Positions 61,342 through 64,000 of a stretch of DNA of 64,000 nucleotides are shown one piece after another. This DNA is from an uncultured delta proteobacterium (lineage in GTDB: Bacteria > Myxococcota_A > Polyangia > Polyangiales > Polyangiaceae): NCBI GenBank assembly GCA_963696385.1, contig CAVOKF010000003.1, forward strand, positions 416,001-480,000, in the 5' to 3' direction. A program made the translations under genes and the position numbers. Position 1 is the stretch's first letter. Every line of letters begins with the position of its first letter. The notes beneath the pieces were generated by a model, which worked only from the letters and a program-made list of their open reading frames with translations, had not been told where the DNA came from and ran no database searches.

Positions 61342-61495
61342 ACGTCGACGGGACGCTAAGCCGAGGACGACGCAAGGCCTGCCAAAGTGGCCACGGAGCG
61401 AGAGCAGTCACGGCTCAGAAAGTGACGGTCCAGCTGGGCGACAGCCGAGCCAGAAACCCCGAGCGGCGAAAGCTCCCGGGGTTTCGCCCATTTTC
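61342..61495 (+). ncRNA. Candidate structured ncRNA (~150 nt)
   Basis: Between a promoter and a terminator-like hairpin; contiguous stems, GNRA loop, possible pseudoknot; no RBS-led ORF. Confidence 0.55.
61453..61494 (+). terminator. Intrinsic terminator-like hairpin (possibly bidirectional)
   Basis: GAAACCCCG...CGGGGTTTC 9-bp stem followed by GCCCATTTT; a convergent gene ends at 61495. Confidence 0.6.
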
Positions 61496-61968
61496 TACTG
61501 TTCTCCTGGCCCCCTTTTCGGAGCGCTGAGCGCCTGATTCTTGGCCGCGACAATAAGGCCGGCGAGCTCGGCCAGGCCGTCATTGCCTGCTTGGCCTGAG
61601 AATTTGACTCCACTCCACTCGATGTTCGGCGTCATATTTTTTGTGAACCCCTCGCGATGAGGGCGCCCACCGACCACGATAGTTCCGTCGCTTCCGTGAC
61701 GCGCGAAAGATACCTCGACCTGATACCAGCGCGTGCTGTCCGCGTCGCGCGCCGCGTCTTGGTTGAGCGTTACCGATAGCACGATACCGGCGGATGGCTG
61801 CTTGCTGATCTCGTATGTATGAGACCCGGCGACGGCTTCTTCGAGAGCCGTGATTAGGTCTTTGATGCCATTTACTGGCCATCGTACGTCCAGATTTAGT
61901 TCGCCTTGGACGTTCACACTTTCAGTTCCGTCTAGGATTTTTACTGCGCGCTCGATGTCGTACGCCAC
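61495..61968 (-). CDS. Hypothetical cargo protein (157 aa)
   Basis: GGAGGGG RBS; more AT-rich ORF. Confidence 0.7.
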   Translation of the reverse strand: MAYDIERAVKILDGTESVNVQGELNLDVRWPVNGIKDLITALEEAVAGSHTYEISKQPSAGIVLSVTLNQDAARDADSTRWYQVEVSFARHGSDGTIVVGGRPHREGFTKNMTPNIEWSGVKFSGQAGNDGLAELAGLIVAAKNQALSAPKRGPGEQ

Positions 61969-61983
61969 CTGCCCCTCCGTTCG

Positions 61984-62259
61984 CTAAGTCGCTTCCCCAG
62001 CGTGTTGCTTCCTGCACGGCCCCATGGAGAACGATAGGCATTTGTCGCAATACTGCGGCCCGTTCGTTGGCTGCCGAGATCCGGTGCTCTTGGCTTCTGC
62101 GCGCTCCGCAGACTCCGCCTCTTGCACGAGTGCACCGACCACGGCATCGGCGATCTTGATCGCCCTCCGCGCGATTCCCGTTGCGTCGCCGTTCGGGTCT
62201 AACGCGGATCCGGACACGGCGCGGAGAATCAATTCTGTACGAAGTTGATGTTCGTTCAT
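61984..62259 (-). CDS. Hypothetical protein with C-terminal CxxC...CxxxH
   Basis: YCDKCLSFSMGPCRKQH; strong RBS. Confidence 0.65.
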   Translation of the reverse strand: MNEHQLRTELILRAVSGSALDPNGDATGIARRAIKIADAVVGALVQEAESAERAEAKSTGSRQPTNGPQYCDKCLSFSMGPCRKQHAGEAT

Positions 62260-62287
62260 GCTTCCCCTCCGTTCTGACCCCGTATCT

Positions 62288-62470
62288 TTACGGTTTTGGG
62301 TTCATATCGTCCCATTTTTTGATGAGTGGTTTGACTGTTTTCGTAGCTCTGCGTCGGAGCCAGTCGGCAACTTCAACGTCATCGATGCCGGCGACCCGCG
62401 CGAGCGCACCCAGTCTCTCCACGATCCATTGCAGGTCGGCCTTCGTAAGCTTCACTTCGTCATCCACCAT
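62288..62470 (-). CDS. Small hypothetical protein (60 aa)
   Basis: MVDDEVKLTKADLQWIVERL...; strong RBS. Confidence 0.6.
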   Translation of the reverse strand: MVDDEVKLTKADLQWIVERLGALARVAGIDDVEVADWLRRRATKTVKPLIKKWDDMNPKP

Positions 62471-62492
62471 GGCTGGCCCCTCCGTTCGCGCC

Positions 62493-62568
62493 ATGGTCTC
62501 ACCGCCTGACGGGTGGTCAACGAAAAGTTTGCGAGTGGCTTGCGCTCACGCGCTCACGCGCTTATGCT
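62493..62568. promoter_or_regulatory. Divergent sigma70-type promoters with tandem operator-like repeat
   Basis: Plus strand: TTGCGC(62540)-N17-TATGCT(62563) with GCGCTCAC x2; minus strand: TTGACC(62520)-N16-GACCAT with TG extension. Confidence 0.55.
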
Positions 62569-62574
62569 CTCATC

Positions 62575-62859
62575 GTGGCTGCAAAGAAGAAGGAGATCAA
62601 AGTGCAAATCACCGAACGCGCGCTGGTTCAACGCATCAACCGCAAGCTCGCGCCGAAGGCCGAAGACCCCCGTTCCCATAAACGATTGTGCAAGTCGAAG
62701 GGCTTTTACGACGGGCCCTTGAAGCACTTCAACGAGCTCGGGGAATTCTACGTCCTCGACCTAGGCACGAACACGGTCGAGCGCACCGACGTCGACATCG
62801 TGGAGCTCGCGAAGGAGCTCAACGCACTCGCCCCGTGGGAAGCGCTCGCAAGCAACTGA
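62575..62859 (+). CDS. Phage-type hypothetical protein (probably leaderless)
   Basis: ITERALVQRINRKL...LGEFYVLDL...VDIVELAKEL; GTG lies 6 nt after the -10. Confidence 0.7.
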   Translation: MAAKKKEIKVQITERALVQRINRKLAPKAEDPRSHKRLCKSKGFYDGPLKHFNELGEFYVLDLGTNTVERTDVDIVELAKELNALAPWEALASN

Positions 62860-62931
62860 CACGATAGCGCCCCCCGCGCCGCGCTAACGGCCGGGAGGCA
62901 TGGCCCAACCCCGAACGAACCGGAGTCGAAC

Positions 62932-63144
62932 ATGCAACCATTAGCCCATTTTCAAGCAGACGAACCGCCTACGCGCCCGACGGCGCATATCCCCGCATCC
63001 GCCCTCATCGCCTTCCGCCGCATCGGTCGGCTTGCGGAGCTGGCCAGCGAGCGGCTTTCGACCGACCCCGATGCGGACGCGATCCTCGAGGCCATCGGCG
63101 AAATGGAACGCATCCGCGAGATTTGCGCGGAGGTGGGCCGATGA
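62932..63144 (+). CDS. Small hypothetical protein
   Basis: GGAG RBS; overlap with the next gene. Confidence 0.6.
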   Translation: MQPLAHFQADEPPTRPTAHIPASALIAFRRIGRLAELASERLSTDPDADAILEAIGEMERIREICAEVGR

Positions 63145-63443
63145 CGACCCGCCTAGCCCTCATCTTCGCCGCTGCCCTCGTTGGCTGCGGCGGCGCCGCC
63201 GAGTCCGAGCCGTCGCCCCCCGCGGTCGACTGCACGCTGTTTCCTGACGAGACGACCGAAGCGGAAACGAACCTGCCTCTATACATTACCGACGCCGGCG
63301 TGAACCTCGATGGGGCAGCATTGCCCGACGGGTGGGCGTTCGTACCGCCATTCGCCGAACCGGGTAACCTCGATAACTGCGGGTGCGGAGTATACGGGCC
63401 CGCGCCGTATTTTCTCGTCCTCGGCCTCTGCGGGAGCCACTGA
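63141..63443 (+). CDS. Small Cys-containing lipoprotein
   Basis: GGAGGT RBS; lipobox LVGC. Confidence 0.65.
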   Translation: MTTRLALIFAAALVGCGGAAESEPSPPAVDCTLFPDETTEAETNLPLYITDAGVNLDGAALPDGWAFVPPFAEPGNLDNCGCGVYGPAPYFLVLGLCGSH

Positions 63444-63444
63444 C

Positions 63445-63672
63445 ATGAGCGCCCGACCGAACCACCATCGCGACGCTGCCGTCATGGCGACCATGCAGGC
63501 GAGATTCCGCGTCGACAACGCCGTCAAAATCTACGGCGCCCGCGTCGCCAAAGACGCAAACGCACGCGTCGCGATGACGCTGCTAGACATTCTCGATCCC
63601 ATGTTGCGCGCCATCGAGGGGCTATTGCACGAGCCTCTCGATCTCAGCGCCGCGCCCACCGAAGAGCCGTAA
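63445..63672 (+). CDS. Small hypothetical protein
   Basis: GGGAG RBS; start at the ATG at 63445. Confidence 0.55.
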   Translation: MSARPNHHRDAAVMATMQARFRVDNAVKIYGARVAKDANARVAMTLLDILDPMLRAIEGLLHEPLDLSAAPTEEP

Positions 63673-63742
63673 CCGTAACCGAAAGGCCGAAACCGGGGCT
63701 TGCCCCGGTCCACGCGTTATGCGCGTGCTGACGAGGCCGAAC

Positions 63743-64000
63743 ATGGGACGAGCGCTTTCCGGCACGGTCGAATGGCGAGGCACCCCGCCGCGGTGGTGGG
63801 CCCGCATCACGGTCCGCACCGAAGACGGCGGAACACGCCGAGTTTGGGTCGACCTCGAACGGCCGGACCTACGCGACACGCCCGACGACAAGCGGACGGC
63901 GAAACGGCTGGCCCTCAAGCGCGCCAAGCTCGCCGCACGCAAAACGTACGTCGGGGTCGAGCGGGCCGCGGCGCCCAGGGTCACGCTGGCCGAGCTCGAA
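63743..64000 (+). CDS. Probable tyrosine integrase, N-terminal arm-binding region (truncated)
   Basis: MGRALSGTVEWRGTPPRWWARITVRTEDGGTRRVWVDL...TLAELE, open to the edge; catalytic domain not visible. Confidence 0.7.
   Translation, partial: MGRALSGTVEWRGTPPRWWARITVRTEDGGTRRVWVDLERPDLRDTPDDKRTAKRLALKRAKLAARKTYVGVERAAAPRVTLAELE

Larger units (their letters stand above)
61972..62489 (-). repeat. Three copies of an 11-nt start-associated sequence GAACGGAGGGG
   Basis: CCCCTCCGTTC on + at 61972, 62264 and 62477, each 3-6 nt before a minus-strand start codon. Confidence 0.8.
48986..64000. mobile_element. Integrated phage-satellite-like element or reduced prophage (continues past the window)
   Basis: Starts at the tRNA anticodon loop; Xis-like, ERCC4, D5 helicase, TerS/TerL, virion-like genes, integrase N-terminus at the edge; visibly more AT-rich than the host. 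Confidence 0.9.

Noticed and set aside
61348..61365. c-di-GMP-I riboswitch (GGGACGCTAAGCC resembles GGGACGCAAAGCC)
   Set aside because: The upstream GGCAAA...GAAA half is absent and no gene lies downstream on that strand.
1..64000. CRISPR array, rRNA, reverse transcriptase/retron, IS transposase
   Set aside because: No regularly spaced repeats, rRNA signatures, RT motifs in plausible context or transposase ORFs were seen.

Overview
High-GC bacterial DNA whose gene content (Pkn-type Ser/Thr kinases, PEGA/TPR proteins, a TIGR04551-like outer-membrane protein, a zinc-ribbon/GYF_2 protein, a large Cys-rich lipoprotein) points to Myxococcota, probably Polyangiaceae-like. Bases 1-48.9 kb are host backbone: rlpA, polA, ihfA-merR, a sigma54 regulator, queA-tgt, dprA-topA, greB, psd, ddl, dCMP deaminase, uvrC, an Omp85 protein and crcB-DUF190. 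polA, dprA and topA carry single-base frameshifts in short runs, most likely sequencing errors. At 48955-48992 a tRNA-Arg(CCT) stops exactly at the end of its anticodon loop. From there a compact integrated element of more than 15 kb runs off the right edge, ending in a probable tyrosine-integrase N-terminus. It encodes an Xis-like HTH, an ERCC4 nuclease, a D5/SF3 helicase with no primase domain, an SprT-like protease, TerS and TerL, a protein resembling only the scaffold-like tail of DUF2213-type head proteins, and a tail-fibre-like protein. I recognise no portal, capsid or tail tube/sheath, so it is a candidate new type of phage satellite. Highlights: a novel domain present both as a TerL C-terminal extension and as a free paralog in the next gene; a promoter- and terminator-bounded structured ncRNA candidate (61342-61495); and three genes sharing an identical 11-nt start-associated sequence. 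All calls were made by eye; no searches were run.
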